Assembly: GCA_964589005.1 (NCBI GenBank) | Contig: CAZPQI010000002.1 | Coordinates: forward strand, 1-50,379 | DNA: 50,379 nucleotides | Direction of reading: 5' to 3' | Source: an uncultured Candidatus Saccharibacteria bacterium | Lineage (GTDB): Bacteria; Patescibacteriota; Minisyncoccia; Phycocordibacterales; UBA2100 | Shown here: one piece after another, positions 41,308 to 48,728 of the stretch | Layout of the letters: every line of letters starts with the position of its first letter | Numbering within the stretch: the first letter of the stretch is position 1 | The notes under the pieces: generated by a model | What the model was told of the DNA's origin: nothing | The model's input: only the letters and a program-made list of their open reading frames with translations | The model's database searches: none | Translations under genes and position numbers: made by a program

Positions 41308-42729
41308 ATGACTACATCGGATAAAAATACAGGAGAAAGTAATAAAGACTCGCGCTCTACTTCTAACGGGATGGAAAAAATCGTAAGTCTCGCAAAACGT
41401 CGCGGATTTATTTTTCAAGGTTCAGAAATTTATGGTGGCTTAGCGGGTACATGGGACTATGGCCCACTTGGCGTGGCTCTAAAGAACAATATTAAGAAAC
41501 TATGGTGGGATACGTTTGTTGAAAAGCGCGACGATATGTATGGGCTCGATGCTTCTATTTTAATGAACGAGAAAGTGTGGGAAGTAAGTGGGCACACGGG
41601 TGCTGGGTTTACCGATCCGCTTGTTGAATGCAAAAAATGCAAGAAACGATTTCGCGAAGACCACCTGCCTGCGCCTGTCCGCGCAGACGGGCAGGCAGGC
41701 CTTGAAGATGTAAGTACGTGCCCCGAGTGTAAAGGAGAGCTCGGAGCAAAAAAAGATTTTAACTTAATGTTCGAAACCAAAGTTGGTGCGCAAGGTGACA
41801 CGAAAAGTTATTTACGACCAGAAACAGCACAAGGAATATTTGTGAATTTTAAAAATGTCGTAGACACCATGCGTCCCAAGCTTCCGTTTGGTATCGCACA
41901 AATTGGTAAAGCATTTCGTAACGAAATTGCTCCACGGGATTTTATTTTTAGAACTCGTGAGTTTGAGCAAATGGAAATTGAATATTTTGTAGAAGAAAGT
42001 ACATGGGAAGATGAATTTGAAAAATGGCGCACACGTGTGTGGGAATTTATAGAGTTACTCGGGCTTTCTAAAGAAAATGTACAAGAAGTCGACATTCCTG
42101 CAGGTGACCTTGCTCATTACTCAAAAAAAACTATAGACTTTGAATACAATTATCCTGGGAAAGGCTACGACGAACTACTTGGATTAGCGTATCGTACCGA
42201 TCACGACTTGAAGGTTCACCAAGAGGGAAGCGGAGAAAAAATGTTGTACACTCCAGTGGAAGGAGATCCATTCATTCCGCATGTTATCGAGCCATCGTTT
42301 GGAGTCGAGCGTGCACTTATGGCAGTTCTATCAGAAGCGTACACTGAAGACGACTTAGGAGACGGGCGCGTATTTCTAAAATTAAAACCAGAGCTTGCTC
42401 CAATAAAAGTTGCCGTGTTTCCATTGATGAAAAATCGTCCAGAGCTTGTGGCAAAAGCACGTGAAGTATTCGACGAATTAAAACAAACCATTCCACAAAT
42501 TATGTTTGATGATAACGGTAATGTGGGCAAGCGTTATCGTCGCCAAGACGAAATTGGTACAATCTTGACAGTTGTTGCAGACTTTGAGACATTGGAGGAC
42601 GATACGGTTACTGTTCGTGATCGTGATACGGGCAAACAAATAAGAGTGGCAACTAAGGATTTACTCAACATAGTTACTCAGGTTATAACTGGTGCTGACT
42701 TGTTTAAATTCGGTAAGGTTATTTCGTAA
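41308..42729 (+). CDS. glyQS: Glycyl-tRNA synthetase (alpha2 dimeric, GlyQS type)
   Basis: RRGFIFQGSEIYGGLAGTWDYGPLG, class II motifs YLRPETAQGIF and GKAFRNEI.PR, PHVIEPSFGVER, and an insertion with CKKC...CPEC. Confidence 0.95.
   Translation: MTTSDKNTGESNKDSRSTSNGMEKIVSLAKRRGFIFQGSEIYGGLAGTWDYGPLGVALKNNIKKLWWDTFVEKRDDMYGLDASILMNEKVWEVSGHTGAGFTDPLVECKKCKKRFREDHLPAPVRADGQAGLEDVSTCPECKGELGAKKDFNLMFETKVGAQGDTKSYLRPETAQGIFVNFKNVVDTMRPKLPFGIAQIGKAFRNEIAPRDFIFRTREFEQMEIEYFVEESTWEDEFEKWRTRVWEFIELLGLSKENVQEVDIPAGDLAHYSKKTIDFEYNYPGKGYDELLGLAYRTDHDLKVHQEGSGEKMLYTPVEGDPFIPHVIEPSFGVERALMAVLSEAYTEDDLGDGRVFLKLKPELAPIKVAVFPLMKNRPELVAKAREVFDELKQTIPQIMFDDNGNVGKRYRRQDEIGTILTVVADFETLEDDTVTVRDRDTGKQIRVATKDLLNIVTQVITGADLFKFGKVIS
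41664..41699. repeat. 36-nt palindromic element in frame within glyQS (same arms as the ileS palindrome)
   Basis: CCTGCCTGC-[18 nt GCCTGTCCGCGCAGACGG]-GCAGGCAGG. The window 41674-41691 (CCTGTCCGCGCAGACGGG, offset 1 nt from the spacer) matches the ileS 18-mer at 14/18. It encodes LPA-PVRADG-QAG. Confidence 0.9.
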
Positions 42730-44332
42730 TCTCCACTATATTTCTGTCCGTTTCTCGTATATTTTCAGCAAGAGTTTGCTTACTAATATCAAGAATTTCT
42801 AGTGTTCTTTTTAGGATGTATATGGGGATTCTGTTTTTCTTTAGTTTCCACGCTGATAGTGTGCCTTTATGTATGTTTAGGAAGTAGGCTGCTTTTTTGT
42901 ATGTCCCGAAGTTTCTAAGTAGCTTTTGGAAAAGTTGCTTATGTAAATGATTGCTCAAAAACACAGACGTTTCTTGGCTGGTGTTTTCGTATAATTTACG
43001 TGGCTTTTTTGTCAAATGAATTTTCCGTTGCTTTTGTAATATTCTTAGATATGTAGTGATAATTGGTCTGCTACGTTTAAAATGAGTCTCAAGAAATGCT
43101 ATATCGCAGCCCTCTATGAGTCGGATTAAATCAAGCACCTCACTAATGTTGAAATTTGTTTTGCGAGAATTTGGTTTGGGAACCGGACGTTGTGTAAGGT
43201 CACCTTGTTGCCAAAGCAAAAGTTTATTTTTTTGTGTATTGGGCTCAAAATATTGAAGTATTTTTTTAGGCTCATTTTCTGATGTTGTATACAGGCAATG
43301 TTCTCCTCTTTTGTTAGTAGTTTTTCCGTGACGAATTCCGTCTTTTGTAAAAATTGTTGATATTGAATCTATCAGACCTTTACTTTTAAGGCTAAGCGAC
43401 ATTTGAGAATTATTATTTACAGATCCATCAAACATCAATACTCCTTTTGCGAACTCTTTTTGTATACGCAAATTCGCTTCACATATTATATCTGGTTCGT
43501 GTGCGCTGTATGTCTTTGGCCCAGGCATAACTCCGAAAAAAGTTGTTAGATACCTAGATAATATTTTATTCGAATAAGCGACTCTCCACGCATTAGTCTT
43601 CTGCGTGTAAAATGCCGGACTTATTTTGAATTCTTCCTCGACCCATTTTATAAATGCATCAACAGAATCTTTATAATTTTCTGTTAGTTCTACTACGTTG
43701 TGCGACTGCGAATGAAATTTAGCCAATTTTGTTTGCAAGAGCTTTCTCATATTAGTTGCATTACTTGTATTCACTTGCGTGCTTACATAATGTCCTAACT
43801 TTCGCGACTCGCTTCTGCCTTCTGAAAAGTGAATACGATTTACTTCAAGGTGTAATTTTATTTGTTCCAGTTCCTCTCTGTTGTTGCACTCTATTACAAT
43901 TTGCTCACTCAAACTCCCATCAGCCATAAAAGCCCCTAGTATTTTTGCAAGATTTTCGTTTAGCTTTTTAGGTAGAGTTATGGGTTTTGCAGAAGCTGAA
44001 TTCACCTTTAATATTTCAGTTACTTCATTTATATCTGACAGGAATTTCGTCTTTTTCCTTGTATCTCCGAGTTTTGCCAGCGTGAGAATAAATGGAATAG
44101 GATAGTACAGCCTATCTTGGTGCAGCATGTTTTTTGAAGTACTTAATGCACAGCTTAGCATCTGCGAAATCTTTCGTGCTAGTTTTTCTCGAGACCACCT
44201 ATGTTGTTTTAATACTTCTTGTTCTTTTTCTAGCAGCATTTGTTGGATGTTTGCTCCGTGCACGCATATCCATGATCGTGGATGTAAATCACGATCTTGG
44301 TGTAGCAGTAATAGATTAAAAACTTTACTCAT
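42719..44332 (-). CDS. Free-standing double-motif LAGLIDADG endonuclease-like protein with flanking HTH-like regions
   Basis: Two dodecapeptide motifs, LAKILGAFMADGSL and FAKGVLMFDGSV, about 170 aa apart. C-terminal HTH-like YKKAAYFLNIHKGTLSAWK. The maximal ORF extends to 44377. The 3' end overlaps the glyQS stop region by 11 nt. Confidence 0.75.
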   Translation of the reverse strand: MSKVFNLLLLHQDRDLHPRSWICVHGANIQQMLLEKEQEVLKQHRWSREKLARKISQMLSCALSTSKNMLHQDRLYYPIPFILTLAKLGDTRKKTKFLSDINEVTEILKVNSASAKPITLPKKLNENLAKILGAFMADGSLSEQIVIECNNREELEQIKLHLEVNRIHFSEGRSESRKLGHYVSTQVNTSNATNMRKLLQTKLAKFHSQSHNVVELTENYKDSVDAFIKWVEEEFKISPAFYTQKTNAWRVAYSNKILSRYLTTFFGVMPGPKTYSAHEPDIICEANLRIQKEFAKGVLMFDGSVNNNSQMSLSLKSKGLIDSISTIFTKDGIRHGKTTNKRGEHCLYTTSENEPKKILQYFEPNTQKNKLLLWQQGDLTQRPVPKPNSRKTNFNISEVLDLIRLIEGCDIAFLETHFKRSRPIITTYLRILQKQRKIHLTKKPRKLYENTSQETSVFLSNHLHKQLFQKLLRNFGTYKKAAYFLNIHKGTLSAWKLKKNRIPIYILKRTLEILDISKQTLAENIRETDRNIVEITK

Positions 44333-44548
44333 AATACCTATATTATAGCATGTCTGTAACTTGAAATAGAATGACACCGTTATTCTGCAGATTGCGACAC
44401 AGGAGAACAGACACGCGTTGCACTTACTGCGCTTGTTGGTGAGTTGAAATTAGGCTAACCCTAGAACGTCAGTAGGTTGATAAAATTTACATAGTGGAAT
44501 AGAGTCCATGTGTTCATTAAATCACCACAATAAGGAAAGGAGGAAGAT

Positions 44549-44635
44549 ATGAATGCGATTCCAGAAGTGTTCCTACTGTTATCAAGTTTGTTTAGGTTTA
44601 CGTGGTGCGGTTTTTTTCGTCGTTTTGTCTTTTAA
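44549..44635 (+). CDS. Candidate 28-aa hydrophobic peptide ORF
   Basis: AAGGAAAGGAGGAAGAT-ATG gives a strong Shine-Dalgarno. Translation: MNAIPEVFLLLSSLFRFTWCGFFRRFVF. Not in the ORF track because it is under 60 aa. Confidence 0.3.
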   Translation: MNAIPEVFLLLSSLFRFTWCGFFRRFVF

Positions 44636-44732
44636 GTATCTTCGACTAGAGGAACGTGCAGGTCATCAGGGGCTAAAGCAGGTGGAGCAAAGGGCGGTTT
44701 TCTGGGGAAGAATATGCTTTTGGGGAGGAATC

Positions 44733-44795
44733 ATGCTATTTTTTGCCACTGTCTTCTTACTTGAATATATCCAGATATCCAATTTTGATATTTAG
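44733..44795 (+). CDS. Candidate 20-aa hydrophobic peptide ORF
   Basis: GGGGAGGAATC-ATG. Translation: MLFFATVFLLEYIQISNFDI. A terminator follows at 44833-44863. Confidence 0.25.
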   Translation: MLFFATVFLLEYIQISNFDI

Positions 44796-44832
44796 CAGAA
44801 GTTCTTATCTTAGAAAAACCAACAAGCTTTTT

Positions 44833-44863
44833 AAAGACGACTTCCATGTCGTCTTTAATTTTT
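44833..44863 (+). terminator. Rho-independent terminator
   Basis: AAAGACGAC-TTCCAT-GTCGTCTTT followed by AATTTTT. Confidence 0.7.
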
Positions 44864-44890
44864 ACACTACATACTCACGAATGAATACGA

Positions 44891-44968
44891 TATACCCAGC
44901 ACTAACTTCATTGTTGTGCATCGTATGCACGCGAACTTCGTTCGACAATGAAGTTAGTGCTGGGTATA
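44891..44968. repeat. Perfect 24-bp inverted repeat enclosing two small hairpins (three-way junction)
   Basis: TATACCCAGCACTAACTTCATTGT (44891-44914) pairs with ACAATGAAGTTAGTGCTGGGTATA (44945-44968). The loop holds GTGCAT-CGT-ATGCAC and CGAAC-TTC-GTTCG. It ends 10 nt before the likely transporter ATG. Confidence 0.9.
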
Positions 44969-44977
44969 CTGCTTCCT

Positions 44978-46030
44978 ATGAACGATGTGACATTTTCTAT
45001 AACCACCGGCACGATAATACGTGTAATACTATTTCTTACAGGAGCAGCACTACTATGGTATTTGCGCGATTTGGCACTCATCGTGCTCACCTCTATTGTT
45101 ATCGCATCAGCTATTGAGCCAGCCGCTCGAGGACTTATACGATACAAAGTTCCACGTGTACTTGCGGTACTTGGTGTGTACTTACTGTTTTTTGGTACAT
45201 TTTTTGCCATCGTCTTTTTTCTTTTGCCACCAGTACTTGACGAAACATCTAATCTTCTCGCGTCACTTCCATCGTATCTTGAAACCATTGGTGCAACAGA
45301 CGCACTTACCGAAAATGCAATTCTAGAAACACGCTCACTTATAAATGGATTTACGATACAGGAAACAGCTCGTGATGTTAATTCGTTTATCACTGGTCTC
45401 TCAGGAAACTTTCTTTCCGTTATGAGCATTATTTTTGGAGGGGTAGTAAGTTTCATACTCGTTGTAGTATTTTCTTTTTATTTCGCCGTTAACGAGAGAG
45501 GTATCGAAAAGTTTTTGCGCGTACTTACACCACTAAAGCACGAAGAGTATGTATTAGACTTATGGCATCGTGCTCAAGTTAAAATTGGCTTGTGGATGCA
45601 GGGGCAGTTTTTGCTCGCGATTCTCATTGGAGTACTTACGTACTTAGGGCTTTCGATTCTAGGCATTCCATATCCGTTGGTGCTCGCAGTGATTGCAGGA
45701 GTTATGGAACTTATTCCCGTCTTTGGACCAATTCTCGCAGCAATTCCAGCAATTGCCATAGCGTTTTCGACAGGGGGTACGGGGATGGCAGTAAGTGTGA
45801 CGGTATTTTATGTAATTATTCAGCAATTTGAGAACCATCTCATTTATCCGCTGGTAGTTACTAAAGTTGTAGGAGTACCGCCTATTTTAATTATCTTGTC
45901 GCTTTTAATTGGTGCTCAGCTTGCGGGAATAATCGGTATATTACTCGCCGTTCCCATAGCAGCTGCAGCACAAGAGTTATTTACTGATATGGGAAAAGCT
46001 CGGCATCTACCTGAAAAACAAAATGGCTAG
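44978..46030 (+). CDS. AI-2E family transporter (PerM-like permease)
   Basis: Multi-TM with conserved C-terminal region ELIPVFGPILAAIPAIAIAF...IIQQFENHLIYPLVV. Start moved to ATG 44978 because the track start lies inside the 24-bp inverted repeat. Confidence 0.85.
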   Translation: MNDVTFSITTGTIIRVILFLTGAALLWYLRDLALIVLTSIVIASAIEPAARGLIRYKVPRVLAVLGVYLLFFGTFFAIVFFLLPPVLDETSNLLASLPSYLETIGATDALTENAILETRSLINGFTIQETARDVNSFITGLSGNFLSVMSIIFGGVVSFILVVVFSFYFAVNERGIEKFLRVLTPLKHEEYVLDLWHRAQVKIGLWMQGQFLLAILIGVLTYLGLSILGIPYPLVLAVIAGVMELIPVFGPILAAIPAIAIAFSTGGTGMAVSVTVFYVIIQQFENHLIYPLVVTKVVGVPPILIILSLLIGAQLAGIIGILLAVPIAAAAQELFTDMGKARHLPEKQNG

Positions 46031-46163
46031 GATTCTTCGATGAATTTCATGTCAATTCAATTATCCAAAATATTGTTGCAGCTTGTTTCAAACCCTTCAT
46101 CAATACGTTATATTGATTCAGGCTTTTCAACGTCGCCTCACATTATATTTTGAAGAATTCATC

Positions 46164-47618
46164 ATGACAGCAAATTCACCGAAAAATCTCAAGGCTCGCT
46201 ACATAACGACGACACTTCCGTATGTTAATGCGAGTCCTCACATTGGATTTGCTGTTGAGGTTGTACAGGCTGACGCCTTGGCGCGTTTTTGGGAGCACGT
46301 AGAGCGAAGAGATGTTTTCTTCAATACAGGAGCGGATGAGCATGGACAGAAGATATGGGAGAAGGCACAAGAAGAAGGAGAGGAAGTACAGGCATATGTG
46401 GACAGGTATGCTGACGAGCTTAAACAACTTAAAGACACCCTTAACTTGTCGAACGATAACTTCATTCGTACAACTGATACTAATCACAAGTTTGCAGCAC
46501 AAGAACTGTGGAGACGGTGCGATGCAGCAGGTGACATCTATAAAAAAAAGTATAAAGGATTGTACTGTGTTGGATGCGAGAAATTTCTAACAGAGCGTGA
46601 CTTGGAAAATGGAAAATGTGTGCTCCATATGGGGCAGGAGCCCATTGAATTGGAAGAGGAAAATTACTTCTTTAAATTATCAAACTACCAAGAAGAACTA
46701 ACCAAGTATTTTAGTAGAGAAAATTCTATTATTCCACCACACAGACTGAAAGAAGCACAGCAATTTGTTGCATCTGGACTAGAAGATGTAAGTATTTCGC
46801 GAGAGTACGATAAGCTTCCGTGGGGAATTTCTGTGCCCGACGATGACTCTCAGATTATGTATGTCTGGTTTGATGCGCTTACAAACTATATCTCGACACT
46901 TGGATGGCCAGAAGACAAAGACGGAAACTTTAAGAAGTTTTGGGAAGACGGAGAGACTCTACAGGTGGCAGGTAAGGACATGATTCGTTTTCAATCTATT
47001 CTATGGCAAGCAATGCTCATGTCAGCTGGGATCGCAACAACAGACAGAATTTTTTACCACGGGTTTATAAATTCAGGAGGGCAGAGAATGAGCAAGTCAC
47101 TTGGGAATGTTATTAGTCCATTCGAATTGGTTGAGAAATATGGGACTGAAGCAACTCGCTTTCTTTTGCTAAAGCACGTCCATCCCGTTGACGATACTGA
47201 TATAACGTGGGAGCGACTTGATGAGTGGTATACAGCAGACTTAGTGAATGGATATGGAAACTTAGTTGCGCGTATTATGAAGTTGGCTGAAATGTATTTA
47301 GATTCGCCGATAGAAAAACCAGAAGGGAATTCGTTTCCCGAAGAGTACACTGGTGCAATAGAGAATTTCAGAATGGATCAAGCACTGGATTATGTATGGA
47401 AACGAATTGGTGATTTAGATGAGAAAATTACTACGACAGAACCATTTAAACTCATCAAAACAGACAAAGAGAAAAGTATTGAATTAATTCAAGAGTTAAC
47501 TCTAGAGTTGTACATGATTACACGAATGCTCAATCCATTTATGCCCGAAACGAATAAAACCGTGAAGGAAACAATCCTCGCAAACAAAAAACCAGAAAAT
47601 TTATTTCCACGGCTATGA
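46164..47618 (+). CDS. metG: Methionyl-tRNA synthetase (short form without C-terminal tRNA-binding domain)
   Basis: YITTTLPYVNASPHIGF (HIGH-like), CVGCEKF...C Zn knuckle, and RMSKSLGNV (KMSKS). Start at MTANSPK. Confidence 0.95.
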   Translation: MTANSPKNLKARYITTTLPYVNASPHIGFAVEVVQADALARFWEHVERRDVFFNTGADEHGQKIWEKAQEEGEEVQAYVDRYADELKQLKDTLNLSNDNFIRTTDTNHKFAAQELWRRCDAAGDIYKKKYKGLYCVGCEKFLTERDLENGKCVLHMGQEPIELEEENYFFKLSNYQEELTKYFSRENSIIPPHRLKEAQQFVASGLEDVSISREYDKLPWGISVPDDDSQIMYVWFDALTNYISTLGWPEDKDGNFKKFWEDGETLQVAGKDMIRFQSILWQAMLMSAGIATTDRIFYHGFINSGGQRMSKSLGNVISPFELVEKYGTEATRFLLLKHVHPVDDTDITWERLDEWYTADLVNGYGNLVARIMKLAEMYLDSPIEKPEGNSFPEEYTGAIENFRMDQALDYVWKRIGDLDEKITTTEPFKLIKTDKEKSIELIQELTLELYMITRMLNPFMPETNKTVKETILANKKPENLFPRL

Positions 47619-48031
47619 ATACAGAAGATGTCTCTAAAAAGGTAATACGAAAAGCTCTATTAATACCAATAAATAGCAAAAAAGAAATTCTCATTCAAGA
47701 TAGGAGGAATTATAAGAAGCCAGACTGGGGCTTCTTTGGGGGCGGCGTAGAAGAAGGAGAAACATATTTAGAGGCTGTTATTAGAGAGGCTAAAGAAGAG
47801 CTCGATTTGGAGATAGAAGAAAAAGAATTAATTTTTCTAGGAGAATTTAAAACACTTTTCCGTAATTCTCCAAAAGAACGTCAGTTGTTTTTATATAGGA
47901 CAGATCGACAGGACTTTACTGTTTTAGAAGGCCAGGGGGCTCACTGGATGGATTTTGAGACAGCTAAAACGTATCTAGATATAGGCGATAGATTTGAAGA
48001 AATCTACGATTGGATAAATAAAAATTGCTAA
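47615..48031 (+). CDS. NUDIX hydrolase
   Basis: Nudix box GGGVEEGETYLEAVIREAKEELDL. ATGA overlap with the metG stop. Confidence 0.8.
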   Translation: MNTEDVSKKVIRKALLIPINSKKEILIQDRRNYKKPDWGFFGGGVEEGETYLEAVIREAKEELDLEIEEKELIFLGEFKTLFRNSPKERQLFLYRTDRQDFTVLEGQGAHWMDFETAKTYLDIGDRFEEIYDWINKNC

Positions 48032-48099
48032 TTACGAAATACATAGACTCTCTCTCATCTTTACGAATAAAAGGTGTAATAGCCACGACATATTCTACG

Positions 48100-48140
48100 T
48101 ATATACAATGTATTGACAATGTACGTACATTGTATATACT
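48100..48140 (+). promoter_or_regulatory. Putative promoter with nested operator palindromes of toxin-antitoxin pair 2
   Basis: TTGACA (48113-48118), 16 nt, then TATACT (48135-48140). An 18-nt perfect palindrome ACAATGTACGTACATTGT lies at 48116-48133. Outer arms are TATATACAATGTA (48100-48112) and TACATTGTATATA (48126-48138). The ATG is at 48149. Confidence 0.55.
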
Positions 48141-48148
48141 ATGAGTAT

Positions 48149-48442
48149 ATGAACAATACATTAAACAATACAACAATAAACGTACGAATAGATTCTGCTA
48201 CCAAAGAAGCGGCACATAAAACATTTGAAAGTCTGGGGTTAGATATTAGTACTGCGATAAAGATGTTCTTGCGTCGTGCTGTTGATACTCAGTCAATTCC
48301 TTTTGAAGTGCGAACAGAAAATGGATTTACTCCAGAGTACGAAAAGATGCTCCTGAGAGAAACAAAGGAAGCTCTCAAGGAAGCAAAGAAGCATAATTTT
48401 AAAACGGGAAAAGAGGTGCATGATCATATTTTGTGTCGGTAA
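48149..48442 (+). CDS. RelB/DinJ-family antitoxin
   Basis: INVRIDSATKEAAHKTFESLGLDISTAIKMFLRRAVDTQSIPFEV is the DinJ ribbon-helix-helix pattern. Confidence 0.8.
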   Translation: MNNTLNNTTINVRIDSATKEAAHKTFESLGLDISTAIKMFLRRAVDTQSIPFEVRTENGFTPEYEKMLLRETKEALKEAKKHNFKTGKEVHDHILCR

Positions 48443-48445
48443 ACT

Positions 48446-48727
48446 ATGTATATAGTTTACCCAACAAAAGAGTACAAGAAGATGTTGAAAAAGTTATCTT
48501 CTCAAAAGAGTTTTGATGAAGACTTACTAAATACAGTAATCGACATACTGATTTCTGGGAATACATTATCCAAGCGATATAAAGATCATAAATTGAAAGG
48601 GAAATTTAATTTATATAGAGAGTTACACGTTAAAAACGATATGTTGCTAATATATACTAAAAATGACAGGCAGTTAATTTTAGTTTTAGTAGCAGTCGGC
48701 TCTCATAGTGGTCTCTTTGGAAAATAA
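48446..48727 (+). CDS. YafQ/RelE-family mRNA interferase toxin
   Basis: HKLKGKFNLYRELHVKNDMLLIYTKNDRQLILVLVAVGSHSGLF matches the YafQ C-terminal catalytic region. Confidence 0.8.
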   Translation: MYIVYPTKEYKKMLKKLSSQKSFDEDLLNTVIDILISGNTLSKRYKDHKLKGKFNLYRELHVKNDMLLIYTKNDRQLILVLVAVGSHSGLFGK

Positions 48728-48728
48728 T

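Noticed and set aside
44640-44700. GCAGGTCATCAGGGGCTAAAGCAGGTGGAGCAAAGG looked superficially like the SRP RNA domain IV (GGUCCGGAAGGAAGCAGCC).
   Set aside because: There is no GNRA-capped helix with the symmetric and asymmetric loop motifs and no complementary 3' strand. I also looked for the RNase P (GGAAAGUCCGG, ACAGAACCCGGCUUA) signatures anywhere in the window and found none.
44553-44795. 80-aa ORF from the track (MRFQKCSYCYQVCLGLRG…).
   Set aside because: It has no ribosome-binding site in its frame, an odd Cys/Phe/Gly-rich composition, and spans two better-supported micro-ORFs. It is probably not a real gene.
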